From Christensenellales bacterium (GTDB taxonomy: Bacteria; Bacillota; Clostridia; Christensenellales; DTU072), in NCBI GenBank assembly GCA_050309775.1, contig JBNRMV010000012.1, forward strand, positions 16,168 through 80,167: a DNA stretch of 64,000 bases, given 5' to 3'. Below are positions 19,802-30,060 of this stretch, one piece after another. Numbering within the stretch: position 1 is the first letter of the stretch; every line of letters starts with the position of its first letter. The notes below the pieces were generated by a model. It was not told the DNA's origin. It saw only the letters and a program-made list of their open reading frames with translations, and did not search any database. Position numbers and translations under genes: made by a program.

Positions 19802-20451
19802 ATATACTCCTTGATTTTTGATTTTACTTCAGGAATTGACATAAATGAAGTGTCAATGACCACAGCGCCGTCGGGTATGACAAGCGGAGCAAATGCCCTT
19901 GTAGTGTCCTGCAAGTCTCTCTTTTTTATGTCTTCAAGCACGCCCTCAAGTGTGACATCTGCGCCTTTTTCTATCAATTCCAGATACCGCCTTTTTGCCC
20001 TAATGTCGGCGGCTGCCGTCATATAGAACTTGTATTTGGCTTCAGGAAGTACATAAGAACCGATATCCCTGCCGTCTATTACGCAATCGGTCTTTGCGGC
20101 AATTATGCGCTGCAATTCAACCATTTTCAGCCGAACTTCGGGAATTTTTGAAATAGTAGAAGCCGCCATAGATATATTATGCTCTCTTATGAAAGGCGTA
20201 ACATCCTCGCCGCAGATATATATTTTTTGTTCGCCGCTGATATATTTAATATCCATGCGGATACCGCAAAGTATGTCAAGAACAGCAGGCGCATCTGCCG
20301 GGTCTACGCCCTTTTGTAATGCATAATACGCCGTAGCGCGGTACATTGCGCCTGTGTCAAGATAGGTCATGCCTAAATCTTTTGAAAGTTCCTTTGCTAT
20401 GGTGCTTTTGCCGCTGCCGCTAGGTCCGTCAATTGTTATGTTCTTTGCCAT
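19795..20451 (-). CDS. cmk: cytidylate kinase
   Basis: IDGPSGSGKST, DTGAMYRA, DGRDIG; SD GGAG before ATG 20451. Confidence 0.95.
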   Translation of the reverse strand: MAKNITIDGPSGSGKSTIAKELSKDLGMTYLDTGAMYRATAYYALQKGVDPADAPAVLDILCGIRMDIKYISGEQKIYICGEDVTPFIREHNISMAASTISKIPEVRLKMVELQRIIAAKTDCVIDGRDIGSYVLPEAKYKFYMTAAADIRAKRRYLELIEKGADVTLEGVLEDIKKRDLQDTTRAFAPLVIPDGAVVIDTSFMSIPEVKSKIKEYIC

Positions 20452-20461
20452 TTGTTTCTCC

Positions 20462-21718
20462 TTATCGTATACTTTGGTTTCCCGCAGCGCAGCCCGTAGA
20501 AAAAGCCAACTGAAGATTGTATCCGCCCGTAAGCGCGTCAATATCGATTATTTCGCCGGCAAAATACAGGTTGTCAACAAGCTTGCTTTGCATGGTTTTT
20601 GGATTTATTTCCTTAACACAAACACCGCCGGCGGTGACTATGCCTTGATTTATGTCCGCAAGCGCCGCAATGTCAAACTTCAGTGTTTTTAAGAGCGCCG
20701 CCAGACCGTGCCGTTGTTCGCGCGTTATGTTGTTGACAAAAGCCTCGCCGTTTATTCCTGACAAAGCTATTATAAACGCTATAAGCTTTGATGGCAATAA
20801 ATCATTCAACGAATTTTTATAAAATTTGTTTTTATTGTTGTCAAAATCCCGCAAAAGGCGTTTATCCAGCATTTGAAAGTCAAGCGCCGGCTTCAAATCC
20901 AGCGTCAGACTTATGTCTTTCAGGTTGATTCTGTTTATTTTGCTTGAAAGCGAAAGAATAATCGGACCAGACACTCCGTTGTGCGTAAAAAGCATTTCGC
21001 CGAACTCTTTGTGCAAAACTTTTCCTTCAAATGAACGAATAGATGCCTCAACATTTTTTAATGACAGCCCCTGTAGCGACGGTAATTTTTCAAAAGCTAT
21101 CCTTTGACCGCTTGCAGAATAACAGCTTTCAAGAATAAGCGGCGCCAATGCCGGGCGCAACGGAACTATGGTATGTCCGCAGCTTTGCGCAAGAGCATAA
21201 CCGCTGCCGTCAGAGCCGGTTGCGCTATAACTTTTTCCGCCCGTTGCAAGAATAACCTTGTCGGGAAAAAACTCATCGTTTTCGGTAAGAATTTTAATTA
21301 TTTTATTATCTTTAAGTACAAAATCAACAACTTTTTGATTATACAAAACAGTAACGCCTGCGCTGTCAAGCATCTTTTTGAAGGTCTTAATGACATCGTT
21401 TGACTTGTCGGAAATGGGAAAAACTCTGTTGCCTCGCTCAGTTTTTGTCGGCAGGCCGTTGCTCTCCATCATCTTTATGACTGCCTCAGGCGGCAGCATG
21501 CGCAAGGCGCCGCTGGCAAATCTCGGATTTGAAACGGTATTTTCAATATAGTCGTTGAAACCTGAAAGGTTTGTAATATTGCATCGCCCCTTTCCCGTAA
21601 TATAAAGTTTTTTTCCAAGTTTTTCGTTGCGTTCAAGGATAGTAACTTCGCCGTTTTGGGCGGCAAAGATTGCAGACATCATGCCTGCGGCTCCGCCGCC
21701 TATCACAAAAATTTTCAT
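20462..21718 (-). CDS. HI0933/BaiN-family NAD(P)/FAD-dependent oxidoreductase
   Basis: GGGAAGM, GKKLYITGKGRCNITN, GEMLFTH.GVSGP, TGGYNLQ. Confidence 0.92.
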   Translation of the reverse strand: MKIFVIGGGAAGMMSAIFAAQNGEVTILERNEKLGKKLYITGKGRCNITNLSGFNDYIENTVSNPRFASGALRMLPPEAVIKMMESNGLPTKTERGNRVFPISDKSNDVIKTFKKMLDSAGVTVLYNQKVVDFVLKDNKIIKILTENDEFFPDKVILATGGKSYSATGSDGSGYALAQSCGHTIVPLRPALAPLILESCYSASGQRIAFEKLPSLQGLSLKNVEASIRSFEGKVLHKEFGEMLFTHNGVSGPIILSLSSKINRINLKDISLTLDLKPALDFQMLDKRLLRDFDNNKNKFYKNSLNDLLPSKLIAFIIALSGINGEAFVNNITREQRHGLAALLKTLKFDIAALADINQGIVTAGGVCVKEINPKTMQSKLVDNLYFAGEIIDIDALTGGYNLQLAFSTGCAAGNQSIR

Positions 21719-21720
21719 GT

Positions 21721-23121
21721 CTATACCGGATGTATTCTGTTTTCTCCGTCCATCATATTGCCGTCAATGCCCAGCTGTTTTGCTTGGCGCCATTTGAAAA
21801 AGTTCTTTGACACCTGCGGGAACATGCAATAAGACAACACATCCTCCTCTTTTGTGTAGTATTCCTTCATCTCTTCTTTATATAATTCATATTCGGGCTT
21901 CAGCAGGTCTGCCGGGCGCACTGTTATGCGCTTCTCGTCGCCTATGCACTTCTTTACCACTTCAGCATCTGGCTCGGCAGGAAGTTGTCCGTATTCGCCG
22001 CGCAGCAAGCCTTTTGTTTCTTTGGTGACTATTTTGTACCTTTCGCCGGAGATGACATTAAACACTGATTGTGTGCCGACTATTTGGCTGGTGGGAGTGA
22101 CAAGCGGCGGATAGCCCAGTTCTTTTCTGACTTTTGGTATCTCGTCAAGCACTTGTTGATATTTGTCAGAGGCGCCCTGCTCTTTCAGCTGATTTACTAG
22201 GTTAGACAGCATGCCGCCCGGCACTTGATATATCAAGGCGTTGACATCGACTCTAAGTATTTTTGAATTGATAAATCCGTCTTTGGTCAATCTGTCAGCT
22301 ACGGTTTTGAAGTGTTCGGCAATGTCGGTAAGCAGAGTCAAATCAATACCTGTATCATATGGCGTGCCTTGCAGCGCCGCCACAAGCGGCTCGGTAGCAG
22401 GTTGAGAAGTGCCGTTTCCAAAGGGTGACAGCGCAGTATCTACGATATCAACGCCGGCTTCGCAAGCCTTGAGATATGTCATATCTCCCGTTCCTGTGGT
22501 GTTGTGCGTGTGCAAATGAATGGGGATATCAACTTCTGACTTAATTGCTTTAATCAAATCATAAGCGGCATAAGGCAAAAGCAGGTTGGCCATATCTTTT
22601 ATGCAAAGAATATCGGCGCCCATGTCTTTGAGTTTTTTTGCCAGTTTGACAAAATAGTCCTGATTGTGTACGGGACTGGTGGTATAGCTTAGCGCCGCCT
22701 CACATATACCGCCGTATTTTTTTGTGGCATTGATTGAGGTTTCGAGATTGCGGATATCATTCAGCGCGTCAAATATTCTCATGACCTCTATGCCGTTCTC
22801 AATAGCTTTTTTTACAAACAATTCCACGACATCGTCAGCATAGTGTTTGTAGCCCAAGAGGTTTTGCCCTCTCAAAAGCATTTGAAGTTTTGTTTTCGGC
22901 ATAGCCTCTTTTATAGCTTTCAGTCTGTACCATGGGTCTTCGTTCAAAAAACGCAGACAGCTGTCAAAAGTAGCGCCGCCCCAACATTCAACTGAAAAAT
23001 ATCCGACCTTGTCCAACCTTTCAAGCGCAGGCAACATATCCTTCAAAGTCATTCTTGTAGCCGCCTGTGACTGGTGACCGTCTCTCAAAATAGTTTCTGT
23101 TATCAATAGTTTTTTTGCCAT
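21721..23121 (-). CDS. oadA: oxaloacetate decarboxylase alpha (carboxyltransferase, no biotin domain)
   Basis: LRDGHQS, WGGATFD, IKDMA, HLHTH, PGGMLSN, PPLVTPTSQIVG. Confidence 0.88.
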   Translation of the reverse strand: MAKKLLITETILRDGHQSQAATRMTLKDMLPALERLDKVGYFSVECWGGATFDSCLRFLNEDPWYRLKAIKEAMPKTKLQMLLRGQNLLGYKHYADDVVELFVKKAIENGIEVMRIFDALNDIRNLETSINATKKYGGICEAALSYTTSPVHNQDYFVKLAKKLKDMGADILCIKDMANLLLPYAAYDLIKAIKSEVDIPIHLHTHNTTGTGDMTYLKACEAGVDIVDTALSPFGNGTSQPATEPLVAALQGTPYDTGIDLTLLTDIAEHFKTVADRLTKDGFINSKILRVDVNALIYQVPGGMLSNLVNQLKEQGASDKYQQVLDEIPKVRKELGYPPLVTPTSQIVGTQSVFNVISGERYKIVTKETKGLLRGEYGQLPAEPDAEVVKKCIGDEKRITVRPADLLKPEYELYKEEMKEYYTKEEDVLSYCMFPQVSKNFFKWRQAKQLGIDGNMMDGENRIHPV

Positions 23122-23133
23122 TTTGCCTCCTTA

Positions 23134-24369
23134 TTATCCGAACATGGCTATCAATACGCCGGCTGCGACAGCAGAGCCGATAACACCGGCTACATTTGGT
23201 CCCATCGCATGCATCAGCAAATAATTGTCTGGGTCTTCTTTTCGTCCTACATCTTGCGCTACCCTAGCCGCCATTGGAACTGCCGAAACGCCGGCTGCGC
23301 CGATAAGCGGATTGATTTTTCCGCCGGACAGTTTGCTCATAAGTTTTCCGAGTAACACTCCGCTGGCAGTGCCGAAAGAAAAAGCCAGCACTCCCAACAC
23401 AACGATAAGCAGTGTTTGCAATTGCAGGAAAGTCGGAGCATATGCCTTTGCGCCAACAACAATTCCCAAAAATATCGTAACAATGTTTATGAGTTCATTT
23501 TTTGCCGTATTTGTCAAGCGCGGCACAACCCCAGATTCCTTGAAAAGGTTGCCTAGCATCAACATTCCGATAAGCGGCAATGCCGAGGGTAAAATAATTC
23601 CGACAAGCGCCGATACCACAAGCGGAAATATGATTTTTTCTTTCTTAGATACCGGGCGCAGCTGTTCCATTCTGATAAGCCGCTCTTTCTTTGTGGTCAG
23701 CAATTTCATAATGGGCGGCTGAATGACAGGCACAAGCGCCATATAAGAATATGCGGCAATGGCTATCGCCGGCAGCAAATCAGCCGTCCCCGGAGCTCCG
23801 TTGCCAAAAGATGCAAGATGCGCCATTTTTTGCGTAAGATAAATTGCCGTCGGGCCGTCAGCTCCGCCGATTATTGCAATCGATGACGCTCCTGCCTCAT
23901 TAAATCCAAGAAGAAGCGCACCAAAAAAGGTAATGAATATTCCGAACTGAGCCGCAGCGCCCAGAAGTAAACTTCTTGGGTTAGCTATCAAAGGTCCAAA
24001 GTCCGTCATTGCGCCAATGCCTAAGAAAATAAGCGGCGGAAATATTACCCAATCCACACCTTTGTAAAGATATGTGAAAAGTCCTCCGCCTCCTCCGCCT
24101 TCGGCTATCGGCGCAAAAAGTATGTTGTATGCGCCGGGAATGTTTATGATAAACATACCAAAGGCTATGGACAACAGCAAATTGGGCTCAAACTTCTTTA
24201 CTATTGCAAGGTAGACCAAAAGACAGGCTATGCCCATCATGATGAATAGTCCCCAAATACCGAAATAATACCCCTCGGGATAAGTGTTTGTCATGAATCC
24301 TGTGCTTTCCCAAAGAGCTTTCATCGATTCAGCAAAGCCTTTCGCCGAGATAAAAATGTTTGTAGTCAT
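23134..24369 (-). CDS. oadB: Na+-translocating decarboxylase beta subunit
   Basis: [42 protein letters not shown]. Confidence 0.93.
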   Translation of the reverse strand: MTTNIFISAKGFAESMKALWESTGFMTNTYPEGYYFGIWGLFIMMGIACLLVYLAIVKKFEPNLLLSIAFGMFIINIPGAYNILFAPIAEGGGGGGLFTYLYKGVDWVIFPPLIFLGIGAMTDFGPLIANPRSLLLGAAAQFGIFITFFGALLLGFNEAGASSIAIIGGADGPTAIYLTQKMAHLASFGNGAPGTADLLPAIAIAAYSYMALVPVIQPPIMKLLTTKKERLIRMEQLRPVSKKEKIIFPLVVSALVGIILPSALPLIGMLMLGNLFKESGVVPRLTNTAKNELINIVTIFLGIVVGAKAYAPTFLQLQTLLIVVLGVLAFSFGTASGVLLGKLMSKLSGGKINPLIGAAGVSAVPMAARVAQDVGRKEDPDNYLLMHAMGPNVAGVIGSAVAAGVLIAMFG

Positions 24370-24378
24370 AACAACCGC

Positions 24379-24747
24379 CTATGAAATTGTTGCCAACAGT
24401 TCGTCCGTACTTACGGTGGCGCCTTCGGCTACTGCAAATGTCACTGTTCCGTCGGCAGGAGATACTATGTCATTCTCCATTTTCATAGCTTCCAGCACAA
24501 GCAGTACATCTCCTTTCTTGACGGCAGAGCCGCTCTTAACCTTAAATTTTAAGATAGTTCCGGGCATCGGCGCATTCAGCTTTGTCCCGCCAACCGCAAC
24601 AACCGGCGCTACGGGCGCCGCAGGCGCAGCACTCATCGGCTTGACCGTCGGCGCAACCGCCGGAGCAGCTGTTTGTCCGCCGGCAAAGTTTTCTTCTACT
24701 TCTACCTGATAAGATATTCCGTTTACTTTTATGTTAAATTTGCGCAT
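24379..24747 (-). CDS. biotin carboxyl carrier subunit
   Basis: EAMKM biotinylation motif after Ala/Pro-rich linker. Confidence 0.92.
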   Translation of the reverse strand: MRKFNIKVNGISYQVEVEENFAGGQTAAPAVAPTVKPMSAAPAAPVAPVVAVGGTKLNAPMPGTILKFKVKSGSAVKKGDVLLVLEAMKMENDIVSPADGTVTFAVAEGATVSTDELLATIS

Positions 24748-24761
24748 GTTTCCTCCAAATA

Positions 24762-25070
24762 TTATATCCTTTTGATTGATTTTACTATAAAGTTGGCTCT
24801 CGCCTTGTTTGTTACACCTGCATTTTCTTCCTCAAGTATTATGGTTATTGCAGCTGTGATTGCCGCAACTACGGCGTCATCGTGCCGAACTTCTGCAACT
24901 TGGGGTTGTGGCGGCTCTTGCTTTTCTACACTGCTTTTTTTGTTAAGTTTTTTCATAAAATTCAAAATGCAAACCAACAAAATAAGCGTAATGAAAGTAA
25001 TGGACATGCCAATCAAGGTAGTCAAAGAGCCGATAGAAAGTATTTCACCGATTTTTAGCGCCAGCACCAT
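24762..25070 (-). CDS. OadG-family (gamma/delta) membrane subunit
   Basis: single N-terminal TM helix, VVAAITAAI motif, operon position. Confidence 0.82.
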   Translation of the reverse strand: MVLALKIGEILSIGSLTTLIGMSITFITLILLVCILNFMKKLNKKSSVEKQEPPQPQVAEVRHDDAVVAAITAAITIILEEENAGVTNKARANFIVKSIKRI

Positions 25071-25077
25071 GTCAACC

Positions 25078-26463
25078 TCACTGTATCAGCATAGAAAGCG
25101 CGCTGGCAACATAAGGACGCAGCAATGCCGGTTCGATTATGTTGTCAATATAGCCTTCTTTTGCCGAAACAAAAGCGTTCATTTCTTCCGTTCTGTATTT
25201 TTCGGCAAGTTGTTTGCGCAGTTCGATAGGCTCGCCCTTTCCTTTGAGTTCCTTGCTATAAATAACGCTTGCGGCGGCATCTGAAGATATCGGCGCAATT
25301 CTTGCATTGGCAAACGCCAAAGAATAGTCAAAACCGATTGATTTTGATACCAGCGATACATAGCTGAGCCCTATTGCGCTGCCTGTTACAACGGCAATTT
25401 TTGGCACTGTTGACAAAGCTATTCTGCGCATCAGTTTTGCGCCGCAAAGCACCAAACCTTTTTGTTCGCTCTCCAGGTCGGCAGATATGCCCTCGCTGTC
25501 CACAAGCGTTACAAGAGGCATGTCATATCTTTCAAGCATTTTTATAAAGGCGCTTGCTTTTTCCAGCGCAGCCGTACTAAACTTTTGGTTATTTGTTATG
25601 ACAAGCCCTGCGGCAATTGAATTTATGGTGACAAAATAAGTCTTTATGTCCTTTGTGTAATCTGCAAAAAGTTCGATTGCGCTGCTTGCGTCGGCAAGCG
25701 CCGCAAGCAAGTTCTGCTCGTTTGGCTGAACATTGAGAATGTCGCTTGTTCTGTTGGGGTCGTCGCCGCTGTTCAGAATGCTTTGGTTCATATAACCAAG
25801 GATTCTTTCTATCTTTTCCGGAATTTCGGCGGCAGCTTTGAAATATATTGTCGAAATAAGACTGTTCTGCGCATATGTTTGTTGTCCGACAAACTTTTGC
25901 GGAGTATCGCTGACATTTTCTGAAAGAGTCAGCGGCGGCGCTGCTGAAAGCACAGAGCTGTCAGACATAAAAACAAAGTCCGCAAGCGCAGCATACATGC
26001 CCATAAGCCCAACGGCATTGCCTTTCAATATGGCAATGTGCGGCGCATAGTCTTTTTGTTCAGCGGCGGCGGCAATAATTTCGGCATAACCCTCAAGCAC
26101 AGTTACTCCCTCGCCCAATCTGGCGCCGGAACTGTCAATTATGGAAATTAGCGGCATTTCCGCATTCATACTCTTTTTTATGCACTTCAGGATTTTGTTT
26201 GCATGCGCTTTGTTGACGCTGCCGCCCAGCACTTCGGCATTTTGCGCAACTACGCATACCGGAATGTCCCTAAGTGTGGCATAACCTGTTATGACGCCCT
26301 CGCCCAAGGCATCGCTGCCGTCAAGATAACTTTTTCCACTCATAAAAACATCAGTCTCAACAAAAGAATCCTTGTCAAGAATGTCGGATAAAAAATCTCT
26401 TATTTTTTGGGAGTGGGAAAGAACCTTTGAGGTATTGTCATTTAACAGTCCAATGTAATCCAT
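25078..26463 (-). CDS. divergent acyl-CoA carboxyltransferase (MmdA/PccB-like)
   Basis: GEGVITGY, IDSSGARLGEG, GYIDNIIEP; catalytic Gly-Gly motifs altered; SD GGAGG before ATG 26463. Confidence 0.78.
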   Translation of the reverse strand: MDYIGLLNDNTSKVLSHSQKIRDFLSDILDKDSFVETDVFMSGKSYLDGSDALGEGVITGYATLRDIPVCVVAQNAEVLGGSVNKAHANKILKCIKKSMNAEMPLISIIDSSGARLGEGVTVLEGYAEIIAAAAEQKDYAPHIAILKGNAVGLMGMYAALADFVFMSDSSVLSAAPPLTLSENVSDTPQKFVGQQTYAQNSLISTIYFKAAAEIPEKIERILGYMNQSILNSGDDPNRTSDILNVQPNEQNLLAALADASSAIELFADYTKDIKTYFVTINSIAAGLVITNNQKFSTAALEKASAFIKMLERYDMPLVTLVDSEGISADLESEQKGLVLCGAKLMRRIALSTVPKIAVVTGSAIGLSYVSLVSKSIGFDYSLAFANARIAPISSDAAASVIYSKELKGKGEPIELRKQLAEKYRTEEMNAFVSAKEGYIDNIIEPALLRPYVASALSMLIQ

Positions 26464-26538
26464 ATATAAAACCTCCGTTCTTAAATAAAAAAATATGCGG
26501 TTATATTTTGCGCAAGGCACAAATTTACCACATATAGC

Positions 26539-26567
26539 ATTATAAACCAAATTACGGCTTTAATCAA
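26539..26567 (-). promoter_or_regulatory. sigma-A promoter of decarboxylase operon
   Basis: TTGATT-17 bp-TATAAT on minus strand. Confidence 0.65.
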
Positions 26568-26596
26568 CACCTTTTCTTAAAATATAGTAATTTTTT

Positions 26597-27307
26597 TTAG
26601 TACCTCTTCAAATAATCTATTTCTCTGTCCGTGAGGTATCTATATGTGCCTCTTGTCAGACCTCCCAAGCGTAGGTCTCCCACCGCCACTCTTTTCAGGA
26701 AAACAACAGTTTTGCCCACCGATTCAAACATTCTATGCACCTGTCTGTTTTTGCCTTCAAATATTGTCACCTCATAGCGATAGATGTTGCCGGTGTTTTC
26801 AAGCAGTTTAATTTTACTGCGTGAAAGTTTTTTGCCGTCAAGCACTATGCCGTTTCGCAGCGCCGCAAGGTCGCTCTGCGATACTTCGCCCTCTACCTTT
26901 GCAACATAAGTCTTTGGGATTTCGTTCGAGGGGTGCGTCAGCTTGTGGCTCAAGTCGCCGTCGTTTGTTATGAGCAACAGCCCTTCTGTATCATAGTCCA
27001 GTCTGCCTATAGGGAAAAGTCTTTTGTCTTTCAAATCGCCAAGATAATCCATAACAGTCTTTCTGTCCTTGTCGTCCTTTACTGTACAAACGCAACCCTT
27101 CGGCTTGTTTAGCATGATATAGACCTGTTTGGCAATAGGTTGAATTTTCTTCCCTTCAATTGTCACTGTGTCGTTTCTTTCGTCTATGTCTGTGGCAAGG
27201 TCTGTGACTGTTTTATTATTTACCTTGACTTTGCCGTCTAAAATCAGTTGCTCAGAGGCTCTCCTTGAGGCTATTCCGCTTGAGGCAATATATTTGTTAA
27301 TGCGCAT
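26597..27307 (-). CDS. rluB: RsuA/RluB-family pseudouridine synthase
   Basis: S4 domain, GRLDYDTEGLLLITNDG, EGKNRQV; near scpAB. Confidence 0.85.
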   Translation of the reverse strand: MRINKYIASSGIASRRASEQLILDGKVKVNNKTVTDLATDIDERNDTVTIEGKKIQPIAKQVYIMLNKPKGCVCTVKDDKDRKTVMDYLGDLKDKRLFPIGRLDYDTEGLLLITNDGDLSHKLTHPSNEIPKTYVAKVEGEVSQSDLAALRNGIVLDGKKLSRSKIKLLENTGNIYRYEVTIFEGKNRQVHRMFESVGKTVVFLKRVAVGDLRLGGLTRGTYRYLTDREIDYLKRY

Positions 27308-27323
27308 ATGAACATTTTTCGGG

Positions 27324-28418
27324 CTATCCGAAAATCTTTTTCCAAAAGCCCGCTCCTTTTTTATCTATCACCCCTATACTATATATATTTTTGGTAAAAA
27401 GCAAGCAATCATTTACAAATATTTCAACTTCACCGGTTTTAACGCCTCTATCAATCGGCGCATTAAGACGCTTTTGGGCGTTAATTTTTATATTACAGCG
27501 TTCGCTGCCATTCTTTTTCAACGGAATATATATATCTTGATTTGCTCCGCATACAGCGGCGGGCACCGCCCCAAAACTAACGGGGATTTCCGCAAGGATA
27601 TCTCGCGAATCAATAACCTTTACCATTTCAAATTCATTGTACGCTTGGTTCATAAGCCTCATACACTCCTCAAACATAGGGCCGCAATTCAGTACGACGC
27701 ACACAACTTCCATATTATTGCGTTTGCTACTGCCGACAAAACACCTGCCGGCTTTCTTTGTAAAGCCTGTCTTTATCCCTGTTGCGCCGTCATAGCCGCT
27801 CAAAAGTTTGTTTTTGTTGTGAAAAAATCTTACGCTCTCACCCTTTCCTGCCGTTATATTTTTTGTGCCGACAATTTCCGCAAAAGTCTTGTTGCGCATA
27901 GCTGCGGCGCTTATAAAAGCAAGGTCATAAGCGCTGGTAAAGTGATTGTCATTATGCAAACCGTGCGGATTGCAAAAATGAGTATTTTTCAAACCCAAAT
28001 CTTGTGCTTTCCGGTTCATCATATTAACAAAGCCCTCAACGCTTTTTCCCGCATGAACTGCAAGCGCGGTGGCGGCATCGTTGCCGCTGCGCAGCATCAG
28101 CCCATAAAGAAGCTCCTTTACCGTCAGTTTTTCCCCAACTTTTAGATATATTGAGCTGCCTTCCACGCCTACTGCTTTTTGTGGTATCGTCACCACTTCG
28201 TCAAGTTTGCAGTTTTCCACAACAATAAGCGCCGTCATTACTTTTGTTGTGCTTGCCATAGGCAATCTTGTATGGATATTTTCTCCGCTAAGCACTCTGT
28301 TTGAGGATATCTCCATTACAATTGCCGATGAGCCGCCGGCATATGCGGCGCTCTCCGTATGGAAGCCAAGCGGCAATAATAAGCAACAAATTACCGCAAA
28401 TATTGCGGCTATTCTCAT
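27324..28418 (-). CDS. dacB: D-alanyl-D-alanine carboxypeptidase (DacB-like)
   Basis: ASTTK, SGND, KTG motifs; signal peptide; follows ytfJ. Confidence 0.8.
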   Translation of the reverse strand: MRIAAIFAVICCLLLPLGFHTESAAYAGGSSAIVMEISSNRVLSGENIHTRLPMASTTKVMTALIVVENCKLDEVVTIPQKAVGVEGSSIYLKVGEKLTVKELLYGLMLRSGNDAATALAVHAGKSVEGFVNMMNRKAQDLGLKNTHFCNPHGLHNDNHFTSAYDLAFISAAAMRNKTFAEIVGTKNITAGKGESVRFFHNKNKLLSGYDGATGIKTGFTKKAGRCFVGSSKRNNMEVVCVVLNCGPMFEECMRLMNQAYNEFEMVKVIDSRDILAEIPVSFGAVPAAVCGANQDIYIPLKKNGSERCNIKINAQKRLNAPIDRGVKTGEVEIFVNDCLLFTKNIYSIGVIDKKGAGFWKKIFG

Positions 28419-28420
28419 TG

Positions 28421-28780
28421 TTATTCTTTTGATATGGTCTTTATTGTAGACTGTAATAATTCCATCCATCTGTCTGAGCCGTCTCCCTGTACCTTTATTA
28501 AACTTGAATCTCCGCCGTTTACTACCAAGAACGCCAGCGGCGTTATGGTCAGCCCTCCGCCGATACCCCCTACGGGCAGTTCCGAAGTACGAACCTTGTT
28601 TGTTCTGCCGTCGAACTCTCCGCCTGCGGTAAAAAACCCCACGCTTATTTTGCTAATGGGAATAATCAATGAATCATCCTGCGAATAAACAGGCTTGCCT
28701 ACTACGGCATCTATATCCAGCATGCTTTTTATGCTTTCCATTGCGCTTGACATCATAGCGCTGATTTCAATACTGCTCAT
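28421..28780 (-). CDS. GerW/YtfJ-family sporulation protein
   Basis: VVGKP, IIPISKISVGF..GG, GGG..ITPLAFLVV. Confidence 0.85.
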   Translation of the reverse strand: MSSIEISAMMSSAMESIKSMLDIDAVVGKPVYSQDDSLIIPISKISVGFFTAGGEFDGRTNKVRTSELPVGGIGGGLTITPLAFLVVNGGDSSLIKVQGDGSDRWMELLQSTIKTISKE

Positions 28781-28786
28781 ATCCTT

Positions 28787-29326
28787 TTATATCCTCCCGA
28801 ATTTTTTTCGAACCTTATTTATTATTATTTTTAATATAGTTGAAAATATTATCAACATGTTTATTTTGAAGTCCAACCGTACCTGCAAAAACAAGCAATC
28901 CTGATTAAACGACGGCAATATAACATTGCGATAACTGGCGATTTTGTGCGAAAAAGCGCAAAACAAAAGAGCAAAAAAATTATTTACCGTATTACATACC
29001 ATGCATGTCTGAAAAGCGTCATCGGCTTTGCCGTACATAAATGAAACTGTTGCTCGTTGAACATTTATTTTTGAAAACACTCTTTTATCCAGCACTAAAC
29101 CGGCTTTTTTGTCATGTTGTGCAACCGTGTCACCTTTGCCTTTTATGCCAGCAATTTCCCAACCCTCAAGCCCTGATTCAATGCTTAAGCGTATGGAAAA
29201 AAAGCCCATAGAAAAAGTTCCGCCTGCTCGTTTTGAATTCAGCGACATAAAACTGTTTATTCCCATATTAAAAGGAGTGACAAAGACAAAAATAAGCGAC
29301 AAATAGACTATAAACAGACCACCCAT
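28787..29326 (-). CDS. YtfI/DUF2953-like hypothetical protein
   Basis: position between scpB and ytfJ; N-terminal hydrophobic stretch; weak sequence support. Confidence 0.5.
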   Translation of the reverse strand: MGGLFIVYLSLIFVFVTPFNMGINSFMSLNSKRAGGTFSMGFFSIRLSIESGLEGWEIAGIKGKGDTVAQHDKKAGLVLDKRVFSKINVQRATVSFMYGKADDAFQTCMVCNTVNNFFALLFCAFSHKIASYRNVILPSFNQDCLFLQVRLDFKINMLIIFSTILKIIINKVRKKFGRI

Positions 29327-29370
29327 GCTTATAGTTTGAGGTAGTTTGGAAAAAGATATTAGAATTTAAT

Positions 29371-30060
29371 TTATTCTATGACTACTATGTCCTCATCTTG
29401 TAAAAAGTCGGGGATTTCTTCCTCATCAAGTTCAAAATCGTCATCCTGTTCGGTTGCCGCGGCGGCTTCAGCTTGCTGTTCTTCTTCCGAAGTGGCTCCA
29501 CGATACAAGCTGTCAGTTGATTTGTAGTACTTGTCAAAGTTGTTGCGAATCATTTCAAGCAGTTCGTCATAATCGGGCAAATCATTCAAATTTTTAAGCT
29601 CAAAACGGCGCAAAAACTCGTCAGTTGTGCCATAAAGCAAGGGCTTGCCCAAAGTATCCCTTCTGCCGACTATTGTGATAAGGTTGTATTTCATCAGCAT
29701 TGATACGGCGTATTCAGAGCTTATGCCTCTGATTTCTTCAATTTCAAGCCGGGTTATCGGCTGTTTGTAGGCTACTATGGCAAGACTCTCCAACAAAGTT
29801 TTGGACAATTCCTTTTCTTTTATCGGTGTCAGCACATCGGCTATGGTTTCGCCGTATTTTGGGTTGGACTGAAATTCAAATTTATTGTTGTATTGAATGA
29901 GAATTATACCCTTATTGCCGCTATATTCGTTCAGCAGTTCTTCCATTGCTTGCCGCACATCGGCGTCAGCGTACGATTCTTGAAAGACCGACATAATCTC
30001 TTCAAATGTCAAGCCCTTCCCTGCGGAAAACAGCAGCGCTTCAATTATATTCTTCAGCAT
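29371..30060 (-). CDS. scpB: SMC-Scp complex subunit ScpB
   Basis: IEALLF, LESLAIVAYKQPITR.EIEEIRG, LYGTTDEFL. Confidence 0.95.
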   Translation of the reverse strand: MLKNIIEALLFSAGKGLTFEEIMSVFQESYADADVRQAMEELLNEYSGNKGIILIQYNNKFEFQSNPKYGETIADVLTPIKEKELSKTLLESLAIVAYKQPITRLEIEEIRGISSEYAVSMLMKYNLITIVGRRDTLGKPLLYGTTDEFLRRFELKNLNDLPDYDELLEMIRNNFDKYYKSTDSLYRGATSEEEQQAEAAAATEQDDDFELDEEEIPDFLQDEDIVVIE

